64,000 nt of DNA from an uncultured cyanobacterium (lineage in GTDB: Bacteria > Cyanobacteriota > Cyanobacteriia > Phormidesmidales > Phormidesmidaceae): assembly GCA_963793265.1 (NCBI GenBank), contig CAWBZI010000004.1, positions 480,001 to 544,000 of the forward strand, written 5' to 3'. Below the pieces are notes generated by a model. It was given only the letters and a program-made list of their open reading frames with translations. It was not told the DNA's origin and searched no databases. A program made the position numbers and the translations under genes. Each line of letters begins with the position of its first letter. The first letter of the stretch is position 1. Positions 49,930 to 60,746 of the stretch are shown here, piece by piece.

Positions 49930-51023
49930 TACGATTGCAGCGTGCCACACTGGGCCTGCTGGCGCAGCAGATGGTCACATAGCACTAGCGCTACCATCGC
50001 CTCTACCATCGGCACTGCCCGAGGCAGCACGCAGGGGTCATGGCGGCCTTTGCCTGCTAGCGTGGTTTCAGCGCCAGCGTTGTCCACGGTCTTCTGCTCT
50101 TTGCGAATGGTTGCAGTAGGCTTAAAGGCGACTCGAATGACGATATTTTCGCCGTTAGAAATGCCGCCCTGCGTACCGCCTGCTCGGTTGGTGCGATTGC
50201 GAAAGGTGCCATCTTCGCCGCGATACATCTCATCGTTGTGCTGGGAGCCGGTGAGCAGGGTACCAGCGAAGCCTGAGCCCATCTCAAAGCCTTTGGTAGC
50301 AGGTAGCGACATTGCACCCTTGGCCAGATCAGCGCTGAGCTTGTCGAAAACAGGCGAGCCTAGCCCCTTTGGCATATTGCGAGCTACGCACTCAACCACA
50401 CCGCCGATTGAGTCGCCCTCTTTGCGAATCTGATCGATGCGCTCAATCATTTGCTCAGCCACATCTTGATTGGGGCAGCGCACAATATTGCTTTCGACTT
50501 CGGCTAGCGTAACAGTGTTAGGGTCTAGCGGCGCTTCGATGTCCTGAATGCGCTTCACGTAGCCAATCACTTCGGTGCCGCAGACCTGCTTAAGAATTTT
50601 TTTGGCGATCACACCTGCCGCCACCCGACCAATCGTCTCTCTGGCCGAAGACCGTCCGCCCCCCTGCCAATTACGAATTCCATACTTGGCATCGTAGGTG
50701 GCATCGGCATGAGAGGGCCGATACTTCACAGACATCTCGTCATAGTCTTGCGACCTGGCATCTTTATTGCGCACCAAAATCGAAATCGGTGTACCCAAGG
50801 TCTTGCCTTCAAATACGCCCGAGACAATCTCGCAGGTATCCGTTTCTTTGCGCGGCGTAGTAATCCGGCTTTGCCCCGGACGGCGGCGATCCAAATCGAC
50901 CTGAATTTCTTCAGCCGAGATCTCTAGCAGCGGCGGACAGCCATCAATAATGACGCCTACACCGCCACCGTGGGATTCTCCGAAAGTGGTGATCCGAAAA
51001 AGATGGCCGAAAGTGTTGCCCAT
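49929..51023 (-). CDS. aroC: Chorismate synthase
   Basis: TFGESHG, RPSHAD, RSSARET, GRHDPCV. Confidence 0.98.
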   Translation of the reverse strand: MGNTFGHLFRITTFGESHGGGVGVIIDGCPPLLEISAEEIQVDLDRRRPGQSRITTPRKETDTCEIVSGVFEGKTLGTPISILVRNKDARSQDYDEMSVKYRPSHADATYDAKYGIRNWQGGGRSSARETIGRVAAGVIAKKILKQVCGTEVIGYVKRIQDIEAPLDPNTVTLAEVESNIVRCPNQDVAEQMIERIDQIRKEGDSIGGVVECVARNMPKGLGSPVFDKLSADLAKGAMSLPATKGFEMGSGFAGTLLTGSQHNDEMYRGEDGTFRNRTNRAGGTQGGISNGENIVIRVAFKPTATIRKEQKTVDNAGAETTLAGKGRHDPCVLPRAVPMVEAMVALVLCDHLLRQQAQCGTLQS

Positions 51024-51109
51024 GATCTAAATTGCCTGACCTAATTGCCTGCGCTCGCAAGATAGATCCTACCGTATTTAGCGATCGCTCACCTTCTGCA
51101 CGACCTGAA

Positions 51110-52243
51110 CTATCTTGGGCCGTCTGCCAAAAAATTCTCAGATAGCTTCATCAACGTTCGTGGATCAATCGCTTTGTCGTCTTTGTAGAGGCTGTAGTGC
51201 AAATGAGGGCCAGAAGACCGGCCCGTGCTGCCAATATGACCGATGATCTGACCGCGCTTGATGCGATCGCCCACCTTCACTCTCACCTTAGACATATGCG
51301 CGTACAGCGTCTCATAACCGTGGCCATGATCGATAGTCACCGTATTGCCGTAGCCACCATTAGGGCCTGCTAGCGTTACCGTTCCATCTCCGGTAGCCGC
51401 GATAATATCACCCGTATCCCCGACAAAATCTATCCCTTCGTGCACCTCATAGCCGCTGCCGGTAAAGGGATTGCTCCGAATGCCATACTCCGATGAAACC
51501 ACCACGCGACCAACGACAGGCTGTCCGGTTGGATAAGATGCCTCTTCGGCCAAGGTCTTTTCTAAGGCAGGCTTAATGGCCGAATCTAACGCTCGGTTGA
51601 GTTCAGGAACCTGCTGCTTGGCGTCTTCCAGCAAATCTAAGGCCGTTACCACATTTTCCGGGCCACCTTGAGGCTTTAGACTCTTTGCCAGGGTGCCACC
51701 GCCTCTAACCGGCAGCACTAGACCAGCACTATTCACGCTTACCTCAGACAGGCCGCTCTGAATATTGTCTTGCGAGCTGCCAGCAGACTCAGCCGCTTTC
51801 TTCTCAGCCTTAGACTTCTCAGCCGCTTTTTTATCAGCCTCAGACTTCTCAGTTTCCTGTGGTTTCTCTTTTTGAGCCTCTTCGCTATCTGGCACGCCTG
51901 CTCTGGCTTTTAAAGAATCGATTTCGTCTCCTAAGACATCGATCTCTGCGGTGACCTCATGAGCAATTTCATGCAGCTCACTGTTGGTTCTGCTGAGCTT
52001 TAAGTTGTTTTGCAAAAGCAAAAAGCAAACGCCGCCAAGTGAAACGGTTGGCACGCCTAAAAACAAAAGCGCAATGAAAAACCCGCGTAAGGGCGTGACG
52101 GTTATATCACCAGAGCACTGTCGGTCACGGGTTCGCCGCCTTCGAGTGTCAGGGGAGAGCGCTGTAAGCCTGTGGCTATTTTTATCAACCTTTGGGCTGG
52201 TGCGCTTTGAGGCGGTGTAACTGCTGTGAGACTGCTGTCGCAT
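51110..52243 (-). CDS. Membrane-anchored M23 metallopeptidase
   Basis: TM + coiled coil; HEGID and HLH zinc motifs. Confidence 0.9.
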   Translation of the reverse strand: MRQQSHSSYTASKRTSPKVDKNSHRLTALSPDTRRRRTRDRQCSGDITVTPLRGFFIALLFLGVPTVSLGGVCFLLLQNNLKLSRTNSELHEIAHEVTAEIDVLGDEIDSLKARAGVPDSEEAQKEKPQETEKSEADKKAAEKSKAEKKAAESAGSSQDNIQSGLSEVSVNSAGLVLPVRGGGTLAKSLKPQGGPENVVTALDLLEDAKQQVPELNRALDSAIKPALEKTLAEEASYPTGQPVVGRVVVSSEYGIRSNPFTGSGYEVHEGIDFVGDTGDIIAATGDGTVTLAGPNGGYGNTVTIDHGHGYETLYAHMSKVRVKVGDRIKRGQIIGHIGSTGRSSGPHLHYSLYKDDKAIDPRTLMKLSENFLADGPR

Positions 52244-52642
52244 GAATTGTTAAAGGCGATTGTTTACACAACGCACTTAAAATGAATCCGGCAAACTTCT
52301 TTCTTCTTTACAACTACGAAATTATACGGGGATCGCGCCCCCCAATACTCAATACTTCCGAATATACGTACGGAATACTCACTAAGCATAAGGAAAGCTT
52401 AAGGTTTATTTTCCGTGCTTACCCAGCGGGCTTTAGACGCAAAATTCCGCAGTGGCATACGTTTCACACGCTAAGAGTTGTAGCCTAAGCCACATTTTTC
52501 AGTATTTCTTTAGAAAGAAGCAGGTCATTTCTCCTTTTTTGTACGGTTGTGTAATTTTGCGATTTATGTACTGTAATATCTGCGCCCTGGAATAGTTGCG
52601 ATCGCCGAGGCCCATTCGGCAAAGTATAGTCACCTCTACAAG

Positions 52643-53443
52643 ATGACAATAAAAATGAAACTCACCTGGTTCGATGCCAACAGTTGGTTAATGGAGTCCG
52701 GCGACTGGCGAATTTTGCTCGATCCCTGGCTGATCGGCGACTTGGTATTTGCCAACGCTCCCTGGCTCGTAAAAGGGTCGCGGCAGCAGCCCGTAGATAT
52801 TCCACAGCATATAGACCTGATTTTGCTCTCTCAAGGACTTGCTGACCACGCTCATCCTGAAACGCTCAGGCATTTAGATAAGTCCATTCCGGTTGCAGCT
52901 TCTCCAGATGGCGCAGAGGTTGCTAACGAAGTAGGCTTTGAGTCGGTCACTGTTTTAGAGCATGGCAAAACGGTGACGCTGAAAGAAAGCCTAGAGATTA
53001 AGACGTTTGAAGGCGCTGTTGTGGGCCCGCTCAAGAAGGAAAATGCCTATGTGCTTTCCTTTTTATCTGAAGGTGTGCGGCTGTATTACGAGCCTCATGG
53101 TTATCCTGACTCTGAGCATTTAAAAACGCTGGGCGCAGTGGATGTTGCAATTACGCCGATGGCAGACCAAACCCTAATGGGGGTGGCTCCGGTGATTAGA
53201 GGCAGCATTGCGGCCCCAGAGATTGCTAGGCTGCTGACGCCTAAGGTAATGCTGCCTACGGCTGAGGCTGGAAAAGTGAGCTATGACGGGCTGATTGCGC
53301 CGACGCTGACGACCAAAGGCGGTGCGGCTGATATGCGATCGCGCTTCACTTCAGAAGGTAAAGATATCCGCGTCATTCAACCTGTCTCTGGTGAGACTAT
53401 CGAGCTAGACTTACGTGCTGCTGTGGCCTCGGGCGCTAGCTGA
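52643..53443 (+). CDS. MBL-fold metallo-hydrolase (possible start 52655)
   Basis: ILLDPWL, SQGLADHAH, YYEPHG. Confidence 0.82.
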   Translation: MTIKMKLTWFDANSWLMESGDWRILLDPWLIGDLVFANAPWLVKGSRQQPVDIPQHIDLILLSQGLADHAHPETLRHLDKSIPVAASPDGAEVANEVGFESVTVLEHGKTVTLKESLEIKTFEGAVVGPLKKENAYVLSFLSEGVRLYYEPHGYPDSEHLKTLGAVDVAITPMADQTLMGVAPVIRGSIAAPEIARLLTPKVMLPTAEAGKVSYDGLIAPTLTTKGGAADMRSRFTSEGKDIRVIQPVSGETIELDLRAAVASGAS

Positions 53444-53826
53444 ATTAAAGGACTTGCCGCTCGCTTTTGCTCACCTAGCAGGGTTTTGAGTTCCAAAACA
53501 ACCTGATCCTGCTCGCTGCGGAGGGCTTCTAGTCGCGCAATTAGCTGATCGACTTGAGCTGCCTGGCTTGCCTGCGCAGGGGCGGTGGCTTTTTGCCATA
53601 TCCACTGGCTGAGCAGCAGCGGCAGCTTGAGCACGAAAGCAACGCTGGTTTTGAGAATGCGCTTAACTAAGTCTGCGATGATTTGAATGAGGACGATGGT
53701 GAGTACGACCGCGGCGATCGCCCAGACCGGATGACCAACAGCCGCGCTCACGACCGTCTGTAGCTGCGTGGCAAAGGTCGTCAGCGTCTCTAAGGAATCG
53801 GGCAGATCGACCCAGGGGAGCGCCAT
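53377..53826 (-). CDS. Hypothetical membrane protein with C-terminal coiled coil
   Basis: HPVWAIAAVVL TM; 3' end overlaps the convergent MBL gene by 67 nt; start set at MALPW. Confidence 0.6.
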   Translation of the reverse strand: MALPWVDLPDSLETLTTFATQLQTVVSAAVGHPVWAIAAVVLTIVLIQIIADLVKRILKTSVAFVLKLPLLLSQWIWQKATAPAQASQAAQVDQLIARLEALRSEQDQVVLELKTLLGEQKRAASPLIQLAPEATAARKSSSIVSPETG

Positions 53827-53924
53827 TGAATTGAGGTGAAGAATTGCCATGTGCCGCAAAGATTCATTGAAGACCTTATGCTTAGAGGGTCTTTTCCTAA
53901 CTATATAAGGAGTACGCGATCACT

Positions 53925-54452
53925 GTGAGATCTGTTTTATCTACTTTTTTAACGATTGTTCTATTGATATTGGTCAGCTTCGGCGCGCTCGTGCCTGCTC
54001 AAGCTGGAACCCTCGCAGCTTTGCCAGGTATCGGCGGGCTGACTGCTGGTGTGCGACCTGATAATTTGGGTGTGAGTGACGGCAGGCTCGCGAGCTGTCC
54101 GGCGTCGCCTAACTGTGTGGTGAGTCAGGGGGCAGATGAGGAACATGCGATCGCGCCGATTGCTTATGAGAGCGATCACGAAACTGCCCGCAAAAGCCTA
54201 ATCGACATCATCGGCGTAGTGCCTCGCAGCAAAATTGTTGAACAAAGCGACGACTATATTCTGGTCGAGTCCGAAAGCCGCCTGATGGGCTTTAGAGACG
54301 ACACCGAGTTTTACCTGCCCAAAGATGAAAAGGTGATTCACACGCGCGCGGCAGCTCGGATGGGCGAGTCTGACTTGGGTGTAAACCGCCGCCGCATTGA
54401 GCAGATTCGCTTAGCCTTTCAAGACTTAGCGCAGCGCACTCAGGCTCAATAG
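53925..54452 (+). CDS. DUF1499 family protein
   Basis: CPASPNCVVSQ, GFRDDTEF, GESDLGVNRRR. Confidence 0.9.
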   Translation: MRSVLSTFLTIVLLILVSFGALVPAQAGTLAALPGIGGLTAGVRPDNLGVSDGRLASCPASPNCVVSQGADEEHAIAPIAYESDHETARKSLIDIIGVVPRSKIVEQSDDYILVESESRLMGFRDDTEFYLPKDEKVIHTRAAARMGESDLGVNRRRIEQIRLAFQDLAQRTQAQ

Positions 54453-54470
54453 GGCCTATAGTTGTTTTTG

Positions 54471-55160
54471 CTACAGCTCAAACCCTAACTGAATAGCTGA
54501 TTGATACAGGCCCGCTGATTCTTCAGTGCGGCCTTGTTTGTCGAGGACAAAAGCCAGGTTGTAGTAGAAGCTGGATTGGTCAGGGAACCGATCAATCGCC
54601 TCGCGGAAGGTATTTTCTGCCGCTTCTAACCGATTTTGATTGGCTAGCGTCATACCTAGATACTGATAGCCATTGGCATTACTGGCATCTAACAAAAGCA
54701 CTCTGCGAAACATCACCTCAGCTTCTACAAACTGCGATTGTTCAGCGAGCAGGGCTCCTAAGTTGTAATAAGTGGTGCTATCGAAAGGGTTTAGGCGTAC
54801 GGCTTCTCGGTAGGCTAATTCAGCCGCTTCGAGTTGCCCCTGAGCTTTTAGCCAGTAGCCTAAGTTGTAGTGAGCGTCGGCGTTGGTAGGCTCTAGACGG
54901 ACGGTGGTTTGGAATGTCGCGATCGCCTCGTCCACTCTCCCTTGCTCTGCCAGCACATTACCCAAGTTGTAGTAACCCGTCGCATCCTCAGCATCTAGCC
55001 GAATAGACTCACGATAGGCCGCTTCAGCCTCAGCATAGTTTCCAGCACTTTGAGCAGCCACGCCTTTTTGTATAAAAGACTGATAGCTTTGCCCGTAGGC
55101 GGTAGCCGAAATGTTAGCCATGATGGCTAAGCTTAATCCAGCAGTGATAAAGGGACGCAT
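54471..55160 (-). CDS. Exported TPR protein
   Basis: Signal peptide then YYNLG-type TPRs. Confidence 0.85.
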   Translation of the reverse strand: MRPFITAGLSLAIMANISATAYGQSYQSFIQKGVAAQSAGNYAEAEAAYRESIRLDAEDATGYYNLGNVLAEQGRVDEAIATFQTTVRLEPTNADAHYNLGYWLKAQGQLEAAELAYREAVRLNPFDSTTYYNLGALLAEQSQFVEAEVMFRRVLLLDASNANGYQYLGMTLANQNRLEAAENTFREAIDRFPDQSSFYYNLAFVLDKQGRTEESAGLYQSAIQLGFEL

Positions 55161-55268
55161 GTAATTCTTCTGAGAACGCTTTCCCCTAATCTATTCAGTG
55201 TATTTACATATGCAAAGTAGTTTCTAAGGTGATTAATATCACTTTAGAGAGCGCTCACACTCACTTCA

Positions 55269-56396
55269 TCAACGAGAGATGGTTTCTAGAATAGTTTCCT
55301 GGTAAAAGGTTGCTGCATCTTCCAATCGGCCTTGATCAGACAGTACATAACTTAAATTTTCATAGGTAGAGTCACCTTCTTCTAGCCTAATAGCTTCTTC
55401 GTATGAAGCACTGGCCTCTTCTGTTCTATTTTGATTTAATAGCAAATTGCCAAGAGCGTAGTGAGTTGTAATGTCTTCGGGCGATCGCTCAATAGCCTTT
55501 TGATAAGCCGCTTCAGCTTCAGCCCACTGACCTTGCCGGTATCTTGCGGTTGCTAACGGATAAAAAGGAAATGGATCGGGAAAAGGCAGTGCGTCCTCTG
55601 CACGGTCTGCGACTAGAACTATGGCAACTCCGGTTGCTATGCCTTCTCTTCTATGACGTGGGTTGTTCAACAGAGGGTCAGCTTCGGCACTTTCTCTTTC
55701 TCCCGATAAGCGAATAGCTTCCTTGTAGATTGCAGCAGCTTCTGCAAATTTAGATTGGCTAGCTAGCGAATCTCCTAACTTTGTACGGGTATAGGCATCC
55801 ATGTAATTGGGTAAACCAGTTTGAATCGGAAAGACTCGAATGGCTTCTCTGTATGCGATCTCTGCTTCCGCTGATTTGCCCTGCACTTGTAAGATGTCGC
55901 CTAATTCTCTATGGGCATGTGCCGCCTCAGGATCTCTCTGTAGCGCTTTTCTGAAGGCAATTTCAGCGTCCTTGTAAAGCCCGAGATCTTGTAGTGCTAC
56001 ACCGACATTTCGATGTGAAGAAATATTGCTCTGTTCTAGCAAGAGCGCTTGTCTGAAGAGGGCGATCGCTTCATCTATGTGTCCCTGGCTTTGTAAAAAA
56101 GAGCCTAAACGCTCGTAAGTGATGATATTCGGTTCCAAACGAAGCGCTTCTCTATAAGCAACTTCTGCTTCGTCGTATCGGTTCGCTTCAACTAAAGATT
56201 CAGCTAACCTGATCTGGTTAGGAGCCGAAGAATTCATCTGTACCATTCGTTGCCAAAAAGTTACCTGATCGATACCTTCTTCGGTCAACAGGTCAACTAA
56301 ATCAAAAAGATGATCGTCTGTCATAGGTTCTTGAGTGGAAGCTGTTTGCGCTACCAGTAACGGCAAAATTAAGCTAGCAAGACCAAAAGAGCGCAT
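55269..56396 (-). CDS. Exported TPR protein
   Basis: Signal peptide; repeated AEVAYREAL/AEIAYREAI TPR helices. Confidence 0.8.
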   Translation of the reverse strand: MRSFGLASLILPLLVAQTASTQEPMTDDHLFDLVDLLTEEGIDQVTFWQRMVQMNSSAPNQIRLAESLVEANRYDEAEVAYREALRLEPNIITYERLGSFLQSQGHIDEAIALFRQALLLEQSNISSHRNVGVALQDLGLYKDAEIAFRKALQRDPEAAHAHRELGDILQVQGKSAEAEIAYREAIRVFPIQTGLPNYMDAYTRTKLGDSLASQSKFAEAAAIYKEAIRLSGERESAEADPLLNNPRHRREGIATGVAIVLVADRAEDALPFPDPFPFYPLATARYRQGQWAEAEAAYQKAIERSPEDITTHYALGNLLLNQNRTEEASASYEEAIRLEEGDSTYENLSYVLSDQGRLEDAATFYQETILETISR

Positions 56397-56409
56397 AGCA
56401 CCACATATG

Positions 56410-56441
56410 AAAAAACTAACCGCTGCTATAGAGCGGTTAGT
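56410..56441 (-). terminator. Intrinsic terminator of recA
   Basis: ACTAACCGCT-7 nt-AGCGGTTAGT stem followed by T-run on the minus strand. Confidence 0.85.
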
Positions 56442-56477
56442 CTATTGTGCTCAAACTACAAAGCTCAAACTACAGAG

Positions 56478-57617
56478 CTACTTAGCCTTAGACTTCCGAC
56501 CTTTCGTCTTACTCGCCGTCTCTTCAGCTTCAGCAACCACTTCTTCAAGCACTTCCTGCTTCTCCACATCCACCTCTACAGGCGGCACCACAGGCTCCTC
56601 ACCCGGCTCAATCGGAATCGCCTCAGGCTTCAGCTTTGCCATCACCAGCTCCTTCACCTTCGCCGCAAACTCAGGATCTTCCTTCATGCGAATAATCGTG
56701 TTGTCACGGCCCTGGCCCACGTTAGTGCCTTCAAAGCTATACCAGGCACCTTTGCGGACGACGATATCGTATTCCTCAGCAAGGTCTAGCAAACAGCCCA
56801 AGATGGAAATACCTTCGCCAAAAATAATGTCGAATTCAGCGATGCGGAAAGGTGGCGCGACCTTGTTTTTAGCAACCTTTACCTTCACTCGAATACCGAA
56901 CTGATCGTTGCCTTTTTTCAGGGTTTGAATGCGACGAATGTCTAAGCGAACCGAAGCGTAGAACTTCAGCGCGTTACCGCCCGTTGTGGTTTCAGGGTTA
57001 CCGTACGTAACGCCGATTTTCAGACGAAGCTGGTTGAGGAAAATTACCGTACACTGCGATTTGCCGATGTTGCCGGTAATCTTCCGCAGCGCCTGGCTCA
57101 TCAGGCGGGCCTGCAAACCCATGTGAGAGTCGCCCATCTCACCTTCAATCTCAGCGCGGGGCGTGAGCGCGGCTACAGAGTCGATCACGATCAAATCTAC
57201 GGCAGACGAGCGTACGAGCTGATCGCAAATCTCTAGGCCCATTTCGCCTGTGTCAGGCTGAGAGATGAGCAAGTCTTCGGTGTTGACGCCTAAGTGACCG
57301 GCATAGAAGGGGTCGAGGGCATGTTCTGCGTCAATGAAGGCTGCGACACCGCCCTGCCGTTGGATTTCAGCGATCGCATGCAGAGCCAGCGTCGTCTTAC
57401 CCGAACTCTCAGGCCCATAAATCTCAATCACGCGGCCTTTGGGCAAGCCGCCGCCTAGCGCCATGTCGAGCGTGAGCGCGCCAGTAGGAATGGTTTCTAC
57501 CTGCATACGGTTGGCTTCACCTAACCGCATGATGGAGCCTTTGCCGAAGTTGCGTTCAATTTGGGTGAGCACAGAAGTCAGCGCTTTTTGCTTATCAGAG
57601 GAGGCGTTGGCAGCCAT
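56478..57617 (-). CDS. recA: Recombinase RecA
   Basis: [23 protein letters not shown]; no intein. Confidence 0.99.
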   Translation of the reverse strand: MAANASSDKQKALTSVLTQIERNFGKGSIMRLGEANRMQVETIPTGALTLDMALGGGLPKGRVIEIYGPESSGKTTLALHAIAEIQRQGGVAAFIDAEHALDPFYAGHLGVNTEDLLISQPDTGEMGLEICDQLVRSSAVDLIVIDSVAALTPRAEIEGEMGDSHMGLQARLMSQALRKITGNIGKSQCTVIFLNQLRLKIGVTYGNPETTTGGNALKFYASVRLDIRRIQTLKKGNDQFGIRVKVKVAKNKVAPPFRIAEFDIIFGEGISILGCLLDLAEEYDIVVRKGAWYSFEGTNVGQGRDNTIIRMKEDPEFAAKVKELVMAKLKPEAIPIEPGEEPVVPPVEVDVEKQEVLEEVVAEAEETASKTKGRKSKAK

Positions 57618-57667
57618 AAGTATTTCCGAGGGAGTTTCTACGAGATGAAAAATAGTCTATTTTCGCT

Positions 57668-57692
57668 ATACTAATTTTAGTACAACTGAACT
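57668..57692 (-). promoter_or_regulatory. LexA box and -10 element of recA
   Basis: AGTACAACTGAACT (57679-57692), one mismatch to consensus; minus-strand TAGTAT 5 nt downstream. Confidence 0.7.
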
Positions 57693-57786
57693 AAATCGAC
57701 ATCCTTAAAATATATCAGTGATAGTTCATTTGCAAGCGCGCGTTGTATCCGTTTTCTATTCTCACCTCTACTGTCGCAATTAACCC

Positions 57787-57981
57787 ATGCAATACTGCGA
57801 ACTCGTTGACGTTTTCACCTACCCAGGTTGGGTCATCGCCGTTGGCCGCACAGAACTCGGCTACCGTTGCTGGGTGTTCACCCCCGACTTTACCGTACTA
57901 GACGATGGCGAGTTCTACACCACCAGCGAAGCTGCCGCTCGCAACGCCCGCTGCTTGGTCAGCGACTCTAGAGAATACTAA
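57787..57981 (+). CDS. Small hypothetical protein (64 aa)
   Basis: Fills the recA-GH15 gap; beta-beta-beta-alpha-like pattern (GWVIAV, YRCWV, SEAAARNAR). Confidence 0.6.
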   Translation: MQYCELVDVFTYPGWVIAVGRTELGYRCWVFTPDFTVLDDGEFYTTSEAAARNARCLVSDSREY

Positions 57982-58003
57982 CTGGCCCGACTAGCTGACC
58001 AGC

Positions 58004-59980
58004 TTAGCTGGCCGGATTTCTGCCCAACTCCTCAGTTAAATTCCAAGCGGCACTGATCAGTGCGATATGAGTAAATGCCTGCGGAAAGTTCCCAAGTGCC
58101 TGACCGCTAATGCCCGTTTCTTCAGCATACAAACCGACATGATTTGCATAGGTCAGCATTTCTTCAAAAATGCGCCTGGCTTCATTAAGCGATTCAGGAT
58201 TAGTACGCCCGGCTCTAGTCAGCGCTTCTACTAGCCAAAAAGTACATAGGTTGAAAGTGCCTTCTTTTCCTTTTAGGCCATCGCTCGAATCGCCGTCAGA
58301 GCCGATTGGATTGTAGCGATACACCAGGCTGTTTGCAGTAAGTCCCCCTTCTCTGGGCGGTTGCCGGACAGCTGCGATGGTCTTGAGCATTTTAGGATCG
58401 CTGGGTGCCATGAAAAACACCAGCGGCATGATCAGGCAGCCCGCGTCTAAGTCCGTGCTGCCGTACGCCTGCACAAACGCCTGACGATCCTCGTCCCAGC
58501 CCTTGTCGAGGATCTCTTCGTAGATTTCATCGCGTACGGTTAGCCAGTGCGATCGCTCAGCCGGAAACGAACGATTCTCAGCAATCCGTAGCGCCCGATC
58601 AATCGCCACCCAGCACATCAATCTGGAATACACGTGGTTTTTCTTACCGCCGCGTGACTCCCAAACGCCCTTATCTTTTCGCTGCCAGTTATCGCACACC
58701 CAGTTTGTGAGATAGCGCAGGTGCGCCCAAAAATCGTGCGAAATAAACTCGCCATACTTGTTGTACAAATACGCTGAGTCCATCAGCTCACCACAAATAT
58801 CGAGCTGAAGCTGCTCAAAAGCGCCATTGCCAATCCGAACCGGCTGAGACTGCTTATAGCCTTCTAAATGATCGAGGTGTTGTTCTTCAATATCTAGCTT
58901 GCCGTCGATGCGATACATAACCTGTAAGCTGCCGCCTTCCCCTAGCTCCTGACAGCGTTCTTCAAGCCAGTTCATAAAGTCTCGGGCCTCTGTGGTGAAG
59001 CCAATCCGAATCAGCGCATACACCGTAAAGGCCGCGTCTCGAATCCAGGTGTAGCGATAGTCCCAGTTGCGTTCGCCGCCTATCTCCTCTGGCAGACTCG
59101 TGGTGGGCGCTGCAATAATTGCGCCGGTCGGTTCGTAGGTCATCAGCTTGAGCGCTAAAGCCGAACGCTCTACACGCCTTCGCCAGCGCCCGGTATACAC
59201 GCACTGAGAGAGCCACTTGCGCCAATAGCTGCTGGTTTCAGTAAAAAAAGTCTCGGTTGTTGGGCTCAGGGCTTCTCTTTGCTCTGAGGTGAGTTGAACA
59301 GAAGGATTGACCTGCTTGCACTGCGGTTTTCCTTCTGTATCAAAGTGCTGTGGCGGATCTTGATCTCCGCCAGCAGGCTTGAATATAAAGCTGACCGTTT
59401 CACCTTCTTGAAGTGTGAATTCAGCACAGGCACCCCGGTCGTTTATCTGTAAAGGTACTTCTGTGATTAGCTCGAAGTGCTGGCACTGGGCATGGGGGAT
59501 GTCGTCTACAAATTTGTTGGGTCGGGTGCTGTTGTAAGGATCGTCTGTACAAGAAAAACGAGCGCCGCCTTTTGTTTTTGCGGTTTTGTGTGAGGCACGG
59601 GCGTAGTCAAATGCGGGATAGCACTCGGCTTTGAAGGTGATTTCGTGACGGACAGCGCGCACCTGACGCACAATCCAGTTGCGCATGATGTCGTTGCCGA
59701 GCGGCATGAAGTCAACCACTTCTCCGACGCCGGATTCGCATAGAAAGCGAGTGATGAGAATGTTGGTTTCAGGATAGTAAAACTGCTTGTGACTGTCTTC
59801 TGGAACAGTTGACTCAATTTTGAAGTGACCGCCTTTTTCACTGTCTAGAAGGGCCGCAAAAATACTGGGCGAGTCGTGGCGAGGATGGCAAAACCAGTCA
59901 ATCGATCCATTCATCCCCACGAGTGCGGTGGTGCGCATGTTTCCGATGAGGCCATAGTTTTCAATGGGCTGATAGGTCAC
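58004..59980 (-). CDS. Glycoside hydrolase family 15 (trehalase/glucoamylase-like)
   Basis: [44 protein letters not shown]. Confidence 0.93.
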   Translation of the reverse strand: MTYQPIENYGLIGNMRTTALVGMNGSIDWFCHPRHDSPSIFAALLDSEKGGHFKIESTVPEDSHKQFYYPETNILITRFLCESGVGEVVDFMPLGNDIMRNWIVRQVRAVRHEITFKAECYPAFDYARASHKTAKTKGGARFSCTDDPYNSTRPNKFVDDIPHAQCQHFELITEVPLQINDRGACAEFTLQEGETVSFIFKPAGGDQDPPQHFDTEGKPQCKQVNPSVQLTSEQREALSPTTETFFTETSSYWRKWLSQCVYTGRWRRRVERSALALKLMTYEPTGAIIAAPTTSLPEEIGGERNWDYRYTWIRDAAFTVYALIRIGFTTEARDFMNWLEERCQELGEGGSLQVMYRIDGKLDIEEQHLDHLEGYKQSQPVRIGNGAFEQLQLDICGELMDSAYLYNKYGEFISHDFWAHLRYLTNWVCDNWQRKDKGVWESRGGKKNHVYSRLMCWVAIDRALRIAENRSFPAERSHWLTVRDEIYEEILDKGWDEDRQAFVQAYGSTDLDAGCLIMPLVFFMAPSDPKMLKTIAAVRQPPREGGLTANSLVYRYNPIGSDGDSSDGLKGKEGTFNLCTFWLVEALTRAGRTNPESLNEARRIFEEMLTYANHVGLYAEETGISGQALGNFPQAFTHIALISAAWNLTEELGRNPAS

Positions 59981-60116
59981 AGTTTTTCCTGTTAATGAGC
60001 TGGTTTTGAGTCCTAAGATTGTAGGATTTTATCGACTCATCGTAGGGTATTTCTTAACGCTTCTGGTGGTGCGCATGAGAGATATCTACTAATCTCTGTC
60101 GTTAGGAACAGCGCCC

Positions 60117-60608
60117 TCATTCCTCAAAAGGAATGAGGAGTTTGCTCAGGAGTTGAGCTAGGGTTTCTCGCTCTGAGTGCTCTAATGTGCTGAGAATACG
60201 GTGCTCGTTTTCGACGTGGGCTTCGAGCGCTTTTTCGATTAGCGCAAAACCTTTGTCGGTGAGATGAATTAGGGTGCCTCTGCGATCGCCCGGATCAGGA
60301 ATGCGCTCAACTAACCCAGCTTTTTCTAAGCCATCAATCCGATTGGTCATTGTTCCAGACGACACCATCATCGATTTAAACAGCTCAGTCGGTGAGAGCT
60401 GATAAGGTGCGCCTGTACGCCTGAGCGTGGCAAGCACATCAAATTCTCCGGGATTTAAGCCAAACTCTGCAAACGTTTTGCCGATGGCCTTTTTCAGGTA
60501 GTTAGCTAGCCGCGTGGTTCGCCCAATCAAACCCATCGGTGATACGTCTAGGTCGGGGCGCTCCTTTTGCCACTGCGCCAAAATTTTATCGACCGGATCG
60601 GATGCCAT
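60117..60608 (-). CDS. pecS: MarR-family regulator, PecS/UrtR subfamily
   Basis: N-terminal QW..ERPDL helix; W13, D57, R64, R90 signature; DRR wing. Confidence 0.85.
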   Translation of the reverse strand: MASDPVDKILAQWQKERPDLDVSPMGLIGRTTRLANYLKKAIGKTFAEFGLNPGEFDVLATLRRTGAPYQLSPTELFKSMMVSSGTMTNRIDGLEKAGLVERIPDPGDRRGTLIHLTDKGFALIEKALEAHVENEHRILSTLEHSERETLAQLLSKLLIPFEE

Positions 60609-60640
60609 TAGAACACTGTCTACATTCTCTTAGTGCAGAC

Positions 60641-60742
60641 GATCTTATCACTGAGACAAATTCAAGTGTCTTGAAGTAAACTATCTCGATATCAAGGTAA
60701 AAGTGCTATAGTCTTAGCGTTAAGTATCTTAGCGTCAAGATA
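60641..60742. promoter_or_regulatory. Cluster of 18-bp PecS-type operator palindromes
   Basis: TATCTTAGCGTCAAGATA (60725-42), TATCTCGATATCAAGGTA (60682-99), degenerate copies at 60710, 60667, 60641. Confidence 0.75.
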
Positions 60743-60746
60743 AATC

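Noticed and set aside
52282..52488. 68-aa intergenic ORF
   Set aside because: Lies in a divergent promoter region; no supporting features
56335..56904. 189-aa plus-strand ORF
   Set aside because: Antisense to recA and crosses its terminator
56478..57617. Intein or intron in recA
   Set aside because: Normal length and continuous motifs; only an acidic C-terminal tail
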